Origin: Candidatus Microgenomates bacterium
Lineage (GTDB): Bacteria > Patescibacteriota > Microgenomatia > JACPZF01
Assembly (NCBI GenBank): GCA_016199065.1
Contig: JACQHK010000047.1
Coordinates: 1 to 43,831, forward strand
Direction of reading: 5' to 3'
DNA: 43,831 bases
Under the pieces are notes generated by a model that was not told the origin of the DNA, did no database searches, and worked only from the letters and a program-made list of their open reading frames with translations. The position numbers were made by a program, and so were the translations under genes. Shown here one piece after another: positions 35,532-43,764 of this stretch. Within the stretch, counting starts at the first letter, position 1. Every line of letters begins with the position of its first letter.

Positions 35532-36473
35532 TTATTGAAATGGAATTAACTGTTTTAAACTACCGGTTTGCATGTCGAAAAAGGCAATTGAAGATAAGTA
35601 TTCAAGATCAGAACCTGCGCTTTCAAAACCCCCCACCTCTACGATCATCGTTGGTTTTTCTATTCCATAAATCCCCCTTAAGCGTCCCATTGCATTACCG
35701 CTTTTAGTAACTGCTGGTAATTGATTTCTGCGCTGTAGAAAATCTCCTGTCAGTTTAATTTTTTTACCGTCCGTTAAACCATACACTGAAACTGACTCGC
35801 CCCCACCATAACCCCGGCACTCTGAATACAAAATGACATATCCGTTTTTATCCTGTAAGTTTAGTACTGGCCCATAGAACTGCGTTCCTACTGTTTGAAC
35901 GTTTCTTAAATCACAAAAATCGTTTGCGTCTTTACTATTAGAGCTCATGGCATTAATTAGCTCTATTTGTTGAGTTTTTGATAAAAGGAAAACGGAATTA
36001 TATTCCGACATTGTCTCAACCTCAATAATCCATCCACTTTGTGGAATATATTTACTTGTATTTGTCGCTTCTTTTAATTTAATGTTAAAAGCATCTTTAA
36101 TTTTTTCTTTGGGAAATTTTTCCTTAAATTCGGGGAAGTGGGCTAAATTATTATTGTCTAAATTTATATCCTCAGTTAAGAACGATTCCGTTCTTTTTTC
36201 TATTTCTCGTTCTTTCTCTGACAAGCGTGGGGTAGGGCTATATTTAATAGGTTGTATTGTAATAGCTTCATTGGTGTATGAAACTACTGGCTGGGTTATT
36301 CTGGCTGACGATTGATAATTTGATTGTTTTCGAGAAGGGTAATTATTAACAAAATAGTTAATGAGAAAAAAAATAAAAAATCCTATGAAAATTCCACCCG
36401 ATAGGATTAAAAACAATTGGAAAAAATTTTTATTATTAGAAATACCTGAAAAATCTTGTTCTAATTCATTCAT
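35532..36473 (-). CDS. hypothetical single-TM protein
   Basis: 313-aa ORF, N-terminal TM, AT-rich; no recognised motif. Confidence 0.7.
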   Translation of the reverse strand: MNELEQDFSGISNNKNFFQLFLILSGGIFIGFFIFFLINYFVNNYPSRKQSNYQSSARITQPVVSYTNEAITIQPIKYSPTPRLSEKEREIEKRTESFLTEDINLDNNNLAHFPEFKEKFPKEKIKDAFNIKLKEATNTSKYIPQSGWIIEVETMSEYNSVFLLSKTQQIELINAMSSNSKDANDFCDLRNVQTVGTQFYGPVLNLQDKNGYVILYSECRGYGGGESVSVYGLTDGKKIKLTGDFLQRRNQLPAVTKSGNAMGRLRGIYGIEKPTMIVEVGGFESAGSDLEYLSSIAFFDMQTGSLKQLIPFQ

Positions 36474-36588
36474 GATTAGACGAAAAAAATAATTATTTTA
36501 TAATACCATATAATGACTGTTTTAAATTTATCCTGATTGTAAAACCTCTAACGACAATCTTCTAAATATTTTTAGTGTATTGAAAAAA

Positions 36589-37056
36589 TTATATCATTAC
36601 CGGCTCTTCCGTTTTTACCAATTCTTTTGGGCTCATGATAAAAGAGATGTCGTTTTTACCCACGTTAAGATAAATCTCGTCTTCGTTTAAGAAATCTTTA
36701 TCCAAAATTAACCTGATGTCAAAAACCTTACCCAAGGAAGGAACTTCTCCATAAATACATCCCGTCACTGATTTTAATTCTTCTAAATTCGCCATTCTTA
36801 CCTTACGTGCGTTTAGTATTTCTTTAATTTTATCAAGGTCTGCTCTTTTTTGTGCCGGAATGGCGAGCATGGCGAAATATTCACCTGTTGAACCATACAC
36901 TTTAATCAATAAACTTTTTGCCTGTTGTTCATACCGGCATTTGAGGGCATTGTGATATTCTTCGGCTGATGCTCCCGGAGCATGCTGTACTTCCCTGTGG
37001 GGAATTTGTTTTTCCTCGAAATATTTTTTGATTTTTTGATAGGTTATCTCTGACAT
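36589..37056 (-). CDS. YbaK/ProX superfamily aminoacyl-tRNA deacylase, YeaK/ProXp-y-like
   Basis: QQAKSLLIKV (conserved Lys), TGCIYGEVP, N.G; resembles E. coli YeaK as I recall it; SD AAGGAG. Confidence 0.85.
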   Translation of the reverse strand: MSEITYQKIKKYFEEKQIPHREVQHAPGASAEEYHNALKCRYEQQAKSLLIKVYGSTGEYFAMLAIPAQKRADLDKIKEILNARKVRMANLEELKSVTGCIYGEVPSLGKVFDIRLILDKDFLNEDEIYLNVGKNDISFIMSPKELVKTEEPVMI

Positions 37057-37068
37057 TTTGTCTCCTTA

Positions 37069-37094
37069 TAAAAAAGAGCCTCTCGCGGGAGAGG
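37069..37094 (-). terminator. intrinsic terminator in the 5' leader of the YeaK-like gene (attenuator)
   Basis: CCTCTC-ccgc-GAGAGG-ctcTTTTTT ending just before the SD. Confidence 0.75.
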
Positions 37095-37126
37095 TTTGAT
37101 TTAAAATTATTTCTTTCTCTCCGGCA

Positions 37127-37186
37127 CTAAAAACCAACTCCGAGAAGGAGAAGATTAAGGCTTAAAAGAGAAAGTGATTGAAACAT
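37127..37186 (-). CDS. putative Leu-rich leader peptide MFQSLSLLSLNLLLLGVGF
   Basis: 19 codons, 8 Leu including CTT-CTC-CTT-CTC; lies between promoter and terminator; not in the ORF track. Confidence 0.65.
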   Translation of the reverse strand: MFQSLSLLSLNLLLLGVGF

Positions 37187-37193
37187 CAGAAGA

Positions 37194-37222
37194 ATTTTAA
37201 CAAACAAATATAGATGTTGCAA
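37194..37222 (-). promoter_or_regulatory. sigma70-type promoter TTGCAA-N17-TAAAAT with TG extension
   Basis: Near-consensus boxes and spacing; -10 ends 7 nt before the leader ATG. Confidence 0.7.
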
Positions 37223-37262
37223 ATGTGCATTTTTTTGATCTTAGAGCTAAAATACAATCCAT

Positions 37263-37886
37263 ATGTCAGCGGAACTAGAAAAACTATTGGCAGATTATCG
37301 CACGGGACTTTCCGGCTTTGCCATTCCTGATGTGGCACCTGACATTGATGCTGCCAAAGAAATGGATAGGCGATTAGTAACGGCCATCATTGCTCTTCAA
37401 AAATCTTTACAGCCGAACCAACGGTTAATATTAATGGCAAAATTGTCAGCCGAAAACTTTGATGATGATGAAAGAAACAAAGTCAATCGATATGCCGATG
37501 AAGTAAAATGGGCGCCTGTTGATTTTACACAACATTTAAAACAGTTGGTTGAAAAGGGGAAAGCTGCCTTGGAAGAACAAGTAGATTGGGATAAACCTCC
37601 TGCGGAAATAGAAGTTGTTATTCCTCCTAATATGTATCCAGAAATGGAAGTGGACGGGGATTCTTCCAGAAGAGACCAATACAATTTTTTAGCTGCGTCA
37701 CAAATTTTTTTAAGACCGGTTGATTTTCGCGTACCCTTGCTGGGAATTAATCCAACGGGAGGATTTCCTGCAATGGACGAGTTGTGTCTTCATCCTTCTG
37801 TTATCACGGGCTTTCGTATCGAAACAACAAATAACGTTAGCGTCACTTCCCAGGTACAATTTCGCCTGCCGCAACCAGCAAGTTAA
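37263..37886 (+). CDS. hypothetical protein
   Basis: 207-aa ORF filling the gap; TAAAAT 9 nt upstream of ATG. Confidence 0.7.
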   Translation: MSAELEKLLADYRTGLSGFAIPDVAPDIDAAKEMDRRLVTAIIALQKSLQPNQRLILMAKLSAENFDDDERNKVNRYADEVKWAPVDFTQHLKQLVEKGKAALEEQVDWDKPPAEIEVVIPPNMYPEMEVDGDSSRRDQYNFLAASQIFLRPVDFRVPLLGINPTGGFPAMDELCLHPSVITGFRIETTNNVSVTSQVQFRLPQPAS

Positions 37887-37888
37887 TC

Positions 37889-38737
37889 TTATTTCCCTTT
37901 TTTATTATCGATATATTTTTTGGCAACTTTAACAGCAATACTTCCTCCGGGAATTAAAATCCCGGCCGCATCGGCTCCTAAATCAAAAAGGAAATCCTGG
38001 TCAAGCACTTTGCCGAAATACTCTTTAAAAGTCCGGTTGCCGGAACGGAATTCTCCGGTTAATCCGTCAATTTCAATAATTCCTTCCTTTCCTTTTGATT
38101 TCCAGCGATACTGAAATGCATAAACAGGACGATAGTAAAGATCAACGCATTCTACTTTTACCTCTTCCTCCAAAATTTTATCAGCCTGAATCCCTTTAAT
38201 CATTTTGGAAAGTGAATCGCGCATAATCGCTGAAACTCTGGCCTGGGGAGGAACTAAAATAGATCCTTCAGGAACGCTTTTTTCCAATTTTCCCTTAACT
38301 ACTGTTGGCGAAAGCGAAAGGTATTTGCGTAACTCCGGCTGTGTGTGACCGGAAACTCCGCTGACAAAAACTTCCTCTTCTTCATCCTGTTGGCAGTGTT
38401 CTAAAACAGAAGTATGAAAATGTCCGTTAGTTACTTCATATTTAGTTTTTTGCAGCGTTACGGCTTTTACTTCCGGACCACTCACTTCCACCTGGTAATC
38501 TGCAGTTCTTTCATAAACATATCGGGCTTTAGCCACCACATGCCAAAATGGCTGATAACGATGCTCCTGATAAACCAGCTCAAAATCTTCATCCTTGGGA
38601 CGGGATAAAAAACTGGTTACCTTACTGATAGCATCAAAGGCCATGGTCTTTTTCTCCCATGACTTCTGCTTGGCTTCTTCCGGAGTTAACTGATCAGAAA
38701 AAAGAAGTATTCTTTGGTCTGCAACGTTAATTTGCAT
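37889..38737 (-). CDS. hypothetical protein
   Basis: 282-aa ORF; internally repeated Y.P.W/Y.P.Y...IDG.TG-like pattern; family not recognised. Confidence 0.75.
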   Translation of the reverse strand: MQINVADQRILLFSDQLTPEEAKQKSWEKKTMAFDAISKVTSFLSRPKDEDFELVYQEHRYQPFWHVVAKARYVYERTADYQVEVSGPEVKAVTLQKTKYEVTNGHFHTSVLEHCQQDEEEEVFVSGVSGHTQPELRKYLSLSPTVVKGKLEKSVPEGSILVPPQARVSAIMRDSLSKMIKGIQADKILEEEVKVECVDLYYRPVYAFQYRWKSKGKEGIIEIDGLTGEFRSGNRTFKEYFGKVLDQDFLFDLGADAAGILIPGGSIAVKVAKKYIDNKKGK

Positions 38738-38888
38738 AAATTAGAAATTATCAAAAAGTATTTATTTATTACTTATTATAATATACTTTTAAAAATCCTC
38801 GATAACTATAATTTTGTTATAATAACGATGTTAATGGGGTAATTTTGACGTTGTGTCAACCCTAACCTGACTGTCACGTTTTATAAAT

Positions 38889-38961
38889 GCGCCCGTAGCT
38901 TAATGGATAGAGCATCAGCTTGCGGAGCTGGCGGTTGCGAGTTCAACTCTCGCCGGGCGCG
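38889..38961 (+). tRNA. tRNA-Arg(GCG)
   Basis: GCGCCCG/CGGGCGC acceptor, anticodon arm TCAGC-TTGCGGA-GCTGG, T-loop TTCAACT; no encoded CCA. Confidence 0.93.
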
Positions 38962-38962
38962 C

Positions 38963-39070
38963 CTCACTTCGTTCGGCGTAAACGCCTTCTGTCATTTGGA
39001 AATAAGACGTAAGCGCTGGTTTACCCTGAGGAGTGAAATGAGCGAACACATTCGCTACGCTCAGTGTAAA
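38963..39070. repeat. cluster of three degenerate REP-like units ending in GTAAA(C)
   Basis: CTCACTTCGTTCGGCGTAAAC (+), GTTTACCCTGAG... (-), CATTCGCTACGCTCAGTGTAAA (+). Confidence 0.5.
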
Positions 39071-39156
39071 GGAGGGTTGGCCGAGCGGTTCAAGGCGACG
39101 GTCTCGAAAACCGTTCTCCCGTAAGGGAGGCACAGGTTCGAATCCTGTACCCTCCG
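39071..39156 (+). tRNA. tRNA-Ser(CGA)
   Basis: GGAGGGT/ACCCTCC, ACGGT-CTCGAAA-ACCGT, long variable arm, G73; no CCA. Confidence 0.95.
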
Positions 39157-39179
39157 CATTAACATTTACGAATGAAATT

Positions 39180-39632
39180 ATGCCATTACAACAAAGACAT
39201 ACTTCCCGGGAATTCTCTGCCGGAGGGATAGTTTACAAAAAAAAAGATAGCGAAGTTAAATGGCTGGTAGTACAGCATTCTTTACACAAGCGCTGGATCT
39301 TTCCCAAAGGTTTGATTGGCGATAACGTCGATGGCGAAACTAAAGAACAAACTGCCTTGCGGGAAGTTGAAGAAGAAGGCGGAATTAAAGCGAGGATTGC
39401 TTTGGATAAACCTTTTACCACGACCTATTTTTATATTTTCAAAGGTACCAGAATTTTCAAAACAGTCTATTTTTACTTGATGGAATATGTCTCGGGCGAC
39501 ATTAAAGACCACGATTTTGAAGTTTCTGAAGCGAAATGGTTGACGGAAGAAGAAGTTTTAGAAACTCTTAGCTTTCCGGCTGATAAAAAAATGTTTTTAG
39601 AAGCAAAAGAGTTTGTTAAAGAAAAAGTGTAG
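39180..39632 (+). CDS. NUDIX hydrolase (Ap4A-hydrolase-like)
   Basis: SAGG, W.FPKG, GE....TALREVEEEGG NUDIX box. Confidence 0.92.
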   Translation: MPLQQRHTSREFSAGGIVYKKKDSEVKWLVVQHSLHKRWIFPKGLIGDNVDGETKEQTALREVEEEGGIKARIALDKPFTTTYFYIFKGTRIFKTVYFYLMEYVSGDIKDHDFEVSEAKWLTEEEVLETLSFPADKKMFLEAKEFVKEKV

Positions 39633-39643
39633 GGAAAATCGTT

Positions 39644-39668
39644 GGGAATCCCGCTGAGCGGGAGTCCT
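39644..39668. repeat. GC-rich hairpin before tRNA-Arg(CCG)
   Basis: GGGAATCCCGC-TGA-GCGGGAGTCCT. Confidence 0.5.
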
Positions 39669-39673
39669 AAATA

Positions 39674-39745
39674 GCTCCTGTAGCTTAACGGATAGAGTAC
39701 CGGCCTCCGAAGCTGGTGATACCAGTTCGATTCTGGTCAGGAGCG
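39674..39745 (+). tRNA. tRNA-Arg(CCG)
   Basis: GCTCCTG/CAGGAGC, CCGGC-CTCCGAA-GCTGG; no CCA. Confidence 0.93.
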
Positions 39746-39773
39746 CCGCAGTAGGTTAAAATACTTCATTCTA

Positions 39774-39860
39774 GGAGAGGTCGCATAGCGGACTAGTGCG
39801 CGCGCTTGGAGAGCGCGTGTGGCTGCAAGGCTACCGCGGGTTCGAATCCCGCCCTCTCCG
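39774..39860 (+). tRNA. tRNA-Ser(GGA)
   Basis: GGAGAGG/CCTCTCC, CGCGC-TTGGAGA-GCGCG, long variable arm; no CCA. Confidence 0.95.
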
Positions 39861-39977
39861 CAGCGTAAGAACGTTAATTTTGTTTCACAAAATTTTACGT
39901 TCAACGCTACTGTCGCGTTTAAATTGGAAAGTAATTTATAACGTGATGCTGAAGAGGATAAGGCAGCCAATCTACTT
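39861..39977 (+). repeat. ~117-bp structured element, copy 1 (3' trailer of tRNA-Ser GGA)
   Basis: About 85% identical by eye to the reverse complement of 43504-43618; 39-nt identical core. Confidence 0.9.
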
Positions 39978-39988
39978 GGAGATAGTCT

Positions 39989-40546
39989 TTAGCTCGTTTT
40001 TTCCAGAGGTACTTTGCGGGAAAGCCAATCGGCTGCATTATCAATCCAGGTCATAACCGGTTTTTCTCTAAAAGAAAGGTGTTTTCCTAACTCCGCTTTA
40101 ATCTTTTCTTTTTCTGTTTCGGGAATCAAAATAATTAATCTTCCGGGAAATTTCAATTTAGTATTAACATTAAGAATCGAGGCCCCCCAATGGGAAGAAA
40201 AATAAAAGTCCTTCAGCTCTGTCCAAAGATAGCTTTTACTTCCGGTGTTTATTCCCTCGGTGGTGATTTCATGTTCTACTTCTTCGGGAGGAACGGTGGC
40301 TAAAACGTAACTTACAAACATCAAGGCTAAAATAACTCCGATTAAAAGAAATTCTTTTATAAAAAGAAGAATTACTCCGATCAAAAAAACGATGGCGGCT
40401 ATGGTAGTAAAATAATCCCTACTTCTTCTTTTAAAAGGTCTCGAAGGGCTTCTCCAGGTAAGCAAGGTTTTGATCTCTTTGGGTTCCTGAGAAACAGCCG
40501 TTGGGCGAAACTCAGCAACCGAAGGTTTTTTGTTTAATCCAAACAT
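39989..40546 (-). CDS. two-TM membrane protein (DUF5673-like, common in CPR)
   Basis: W.SP.RPFK.R, two TM, then ITTEGI.....Y.W.EL..F PH-like tail. Confidence 0.6.
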   Translation of the reverse strand: MFGLNKKPSVAEFRPTAVSQEPKEIKTLLTWRSPSRPFKRRSRDYFTTIAAIVFLIGVILLFIKEFLLIGVILALMFVSYVLATVPPEEVEHEITTEGINTGSKSYLWTELKDFYFSSHWGASILNVNTKLKFPGRLIILIPETEKEKIKAELGKHLSFREKPVMTWIDNAADWLSRKVPLEKTS

Positions 40547-40603
40547 TAATTTTTCCTTTCATCTAACAGAATATATCAAACTGAAAAATCTGTAAATCAG
40601 TTG

Positions 40604-41782
40604 TTATTTTTTCTTAACTGTTTTTGAAACATGACTGGTCTTTAAAGAGGCCAAAAAACCCCCCAATCCCCAGGGAAGAGTAAAAAACGAAATTAAAAAA
40701 CCCAGAACCGGAATCCAAGTCAATAAATAATAAAGCACCGATCCCAGAACTAAAGACCAGGCAAGCGATTCGCTTTTTTCTCTTGCAAACTGTTCCAAAA
40801 GTTTTTTGCCTAAGAAACAAAAGACGTAAATTCGACCGGCAAAAAGACAAAGGAGAAAAAGCAAAATGGCGAAAATCGCAAAGGGTATACCGATAATGGT
40901 TAAAATACTAAATACTATGGCGATGGGCACGACCAAAATGACTAAAACACCCAGAAAAAAAGTAGCTAGGGGATTTTGTATCATCTTTTCTTGACCGATT
41001 CTAATTTTTCCCGACAAGAAATAAAGAAGAACAAGACCAAAGACTAACGAAAGGAGAAAAGAAATGAGACGTGATGTGTCCTGAAGGCGATTTGTAGACA
41101 CAAACTTTGTCGGTTGCTGATCGGTTTCGGCAAAAGGTTTTGACCAGGTTACTTTTCCGGCAATTTTTGTTTGATCAGAAATTTCGGCTTCTTTTTCGCT
41201 TTCGTAAGAAAAATTTCCTAGAATTCTTGCCTTGTCACCAACCCTAACAGATTGTGCCTTTATCTCAACATCCTGATTGGCACTTCCGTTAAAAAATAAG
41301 TCCTGCGCCCATCCGGAAACTTTTTTACCCAACAATCCGGAGATTTCTGCTTGTTGTACGCCGAAAAATGATTCACCTTCAACCGCAGAAGTGTTATATA
41401 AAATAAGTCTTTGGGCAAAAACCGTTAAATTCCTGGTTACCTGCTGAAAAATCTCTACATCCTGAGCAACGGCCCGGACACTGCCGCTTACACTTCCCTG
41501 AACTTTTAAGTCTTGAGCCAAACATAAAATATCACCATTAACATTGCCTCTAACGATAACGTTTTGACCTGCACAAAAAAGATCTCCGTTAACGTTAGAG
41601 TCAATAGTGAGTGACTGTCCGGTGATTACTAAACTCTCGTTGACTGCTTCGTTGGCAGAAACATCTACTACGTCACCCTTTTTCACTTCTACTGCAAAAG
41701 AATAAGTTGTGCTAACTAAAAAAAGCAAAACAAAAATTAAGGAAGTAAGAAAGAGAATCACAATATTTTTGTTCATAGCCAT
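40604..41782 (-). CDS. bactofilin-like (polymer-forming) beta-helix protein with C-terminal multi-TM domain
   Basis: Repeated V.GD...AGQ.V.V.G units after a signal/TM; ILTIIGIPFA TM block. Confidence 0.75.
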   Translation of the reverse strand: MAMNKNIVILFLTSLIFVLLFLVSTTYSFAVEVKKGDVVDVSANEAVNESLVITGQSLTIDSNVNGDLFCAGQNVIVRGNVNGDILCLAQDLKVQGSVSGSVRAVAQDVEIFQQVTRNLTVFAQRLILYNTSAVEGESFFGVQQAEISGLLGKKVSGWAQDLFFNGSANQDVEIKAQSVRVGDKARILGNFSYESEKEAEISDQTKIAGKVTWSKPFAETDQQPTKFVSTNRLQDTSRLISFLLSLVFGLVLLYFLSGKIRIGQEKMIQNPLATFFLGVLVILVVPIAIVFSILTIIGIPFAIFAILLFLLCLFAGRIYVFCFLGKKLLEQFAREKSESLAWSLVLGSVLYYLLTWIPVLGFLISFFTLPWGLGGFLASLKTSHVSKTVKKK

Positions 41783-41809
41783 AAATATTATACATCCCCA
41801 CCCTAGCCT

Positions 41810-43477
41810 CTATTTAACACTAGCTATTAAATATGAATATGGTTCAAGCGTTAGGGATAAACTTCCTTTTTGGGCAGTATAGAAACGACTGCTTAACAAA
41901 TCCGTCACTGTACCCAAAAGTTTATCCCCCATAACTGTACCACTCCAACTGGTTTCTGACAGATTAACTACCACTATTATTTTTTCTTTGTCTGTACTTC
42001 TTAAGTAAGAGATTACTTGGGAAGGATTATTTGACGAATACCAAATTGTTGTTCCTGAATTTAAGGCAGGATGACTTTTACGAAGGGAAATTAGTTGTTT
42101 ATAGATGGAAGTATTTTCCGGATGAGGAGGCCTCGACCAGGAGATGTATCGTTGATTGGCAATACTGGTAGGATTTAAATCTCCTATCTCCTGACCGTTA
42201 AAAATAAAAGGTAAACCATCGAGTGTAAAATTTATGGCCATGGCCGCCAGCATAGCTTTGTTTCTCCCAGACAGCGCGGCCGCGCGCGGATGCTGGTCGT
42301 GATTGTCGATGGCCCGATAGAGATTGAGGTCCGGTAAGGGTTTTCCCTTTCCCTGTTCAGGTCGTTCCCAGGCAAGTTGAATAACGTTTGCTTCACGCCT
42401 GTTATTTATTACTGCTCTTAACGCCTGCATGTACGTTACTCCATACAAGGCATCAAACCCGTAAACGCTCTGATATTTTTCTCCGTTGCTTCCGGCACCA
42501 GTATAAGGAGATCCGTATTCCTCCAGCTTAGAGGAGGTCTCTGCTACCATTAACCATGCCGGCTTCATTTTTTTTAATTCATTATTAAGAGATGCCCAAA
42601 AAGAAAGGGGTACATCTATTGCCACATCTGATCGACACCCGTCAATGCCAACAGTCTTTGCCCAATATTTTGTCATTTCCATCATGTAGTTTTGAACCTG
42701 GGGATTAGAGTAATCAAGCACCGAAAATCCATAGCGATTTTTTACAATTTGCCCACCTTTTCGCAAATAGAAGTCGGGGTGGCTGTTGACTAAAACGTTG
42801 TTCGGATCAGTACTGTGATAAACACAGTCCATGATAACCTGCAAACCTAAACCGTGCGCCGTGTCTATGTAATTTTTTAAAGCTGATATGCGCGCATCGC
42901 GTGTTCCTGCATCATCTTTCGGATTGGTAAAACCAGCGTAACCTGGATTAACATCATAGAAATCTTTTATTCCATACGGAGAACCAATTGTCGTAAGGCG
43001 TCCGAACGGATGAACTGGTGAAAGTTGAATAGTAGTAATTCCCATGTCAGCTAACTTCGGTAGGTGATTTGCGGCGTTGACAAAGACGTTGGAACTTGGT
43101 TGTTGGTTCTGGGAATTTTGCGCGTAGTAGTTTAGCCAGACTTGGTAAATGACTAAATTTCCGGTATTTACTTTTCTTTGCGCAGGAAAACTGTTTGAAA
43201 CCGGGTATCCCTGGGTAGGTTCATTGTTAACAGAGTCAACGCTCGAACCATTGCCTGTTGTTGGTCGCGGGGACTGACATTTGTCACCAACTTTTCCTAT
43301 TACATTAAGTAATTTACATTTCAAGCCAGAAATATCCAGAGTCCGACTTAACGATACTTTGTTCTGAAAAACCGCATAGACTGGAGCATCGAAGGAGGAA
43401 GAGAAAACCTGCCTGATTATAAGTGAAGCAAGAATGATTATCCCCGATATTAATAAAATCTTAGTTAACCTGCTCAT
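41810..43477 (-). CDS. membrane-anchored GH13 alpha-amylase family glycosidase
   Basis: GSPYGIKDF, MDCVYH, DGCRSDVA, VAE, DNHD catalytic regions; N-terminal TM. Confidence 0.92.
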   Translation of the reverse strand: MSRLTKILLISGIIILASLIIRQVFSSSFDAPVYAVFQNKVSLSRTLDISGLKCKLLNVIGKVGDKCQSPRPTTGNGSSVDSVNNEPTQGYPVSNSFPAQRKVNTGNLVIYQVWLNYYAQNSQNQQPSSNVFVNAANHLPKLADMGITTIQLSPVHPFGRLTTIGSPYGIKDFYDVNPGYAGFTNPKDDAGTRDARISALKNYIDTAHGLGLQVIMDCVYHSTDPNNVLVNSHPDFYLRKGGQIVKNRYGFSVLDYSNPQVQNYMMEMTKYWAKTVGIDGCRSDVAIDVPLSFWASLNNELKKMKPAWLMVAETSSKLEEYGSPYTGAGSNGEKYQSVYGFDALYGVTYMQALRAVINNRREANVIQLAWERPEQGKGKPLPDLNLYRAIDNHDQHPRAAALSGRNKAMLAAMAINFTLDGLPFIFNGQEIGDLNPTSIANQRYISWSRPPHPENTSIYKQLISLRKSHPALNSGTTIWYSSNNPSQVISYLRSTDKEKIIVVVNLSETSWSGTVMGDKLLGTVTDLLSSRFYTAQKGSLSLTLEPYSYLIASVK

Positions 43478-43503
43478 GTCTATATTATTGGAATGTCTTT
43501 CAA

Positions 43504-43618
43504 AAGTAGATTAGCCACCTTACCGTACAGTGTCGCGTAACAAATTACTTCCTAATTTAAACGCGACAGCAGTGTTGAACGTAAAATTTTGTGAAACAAA
43601 ATTAACGTTCTTGTGCTG
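43504..43618 (-). repeat. ~115-bp structured element, copy 2 (3' trailer of tRNA-Ser GCT)
   Basis: Inverted copy of 39861-39977, again starting at the first base after the discriminator G. Confidence 0.9.
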
Positions 43619-43705
43619 CGGAGGGTGTGGGAGTCGAACCCACCGACCGCTTTAAGACGGTCACGGTTTAGCAAACCGCTCCTTTAGCCGCTCAGGCTAC
43701 CCTCC
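43619..43705 (-). tRNA. tRNA-Ser(GCT)
   Basis: GGAGGGT/ACCCTCC, GCGGT-TTGCTAA-ACCGT, long variable arm; no CCA. Confidence 0.95.
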
Positions 43706-43764
43706 ATTAGACGCAAAACATTATAACAAATAACCTTTTTGTTTTATAATAGATTTGTGGTTTG
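43706..43764. promoter_or_regulatory. back-to-back -10 boxes for the divergent tRNA-Ser genes
   Basis: TGtTATAAT on the minus strand (~43720-43728) and TATAAT on the plus strand (43745-43750), each ~14 nt from a tRNA start. Confidence 0.6.

Noticed and set aside
37057-37190. T-box riboswitch upstream of the YeaK-like gene
   Set aside because: No GGTGGNACC T-box bulge sequence and the ~130-nt leader is short; a leader-peptide attenuator fits better.
38903-39133. ORFs 38903-39124 (+) and 38915-39133 (-)
   Set aside because: Shadow ORFs over tRNA-Arg(GCG) and tRNA-Ser(CGA).
39737-40056. ORFs 39737-39970 (-) and 39796-40056 (+), and a peptide encoded by the 117-bp repeat
   Set aside because: They overlap tRNA-Ser(GGA), and differences between the repeat copies in the open frame are mostly non-synonymous, so there is no sign of coding selection.
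2511-40850. Short antisense or nested ORFs in the track (e.g. 3934-4371, 20923-21498, 21284-21655, 26175-26486)
   Set aside because: They lie opposite or within well-supported genes and show no motifs or independent start signals.
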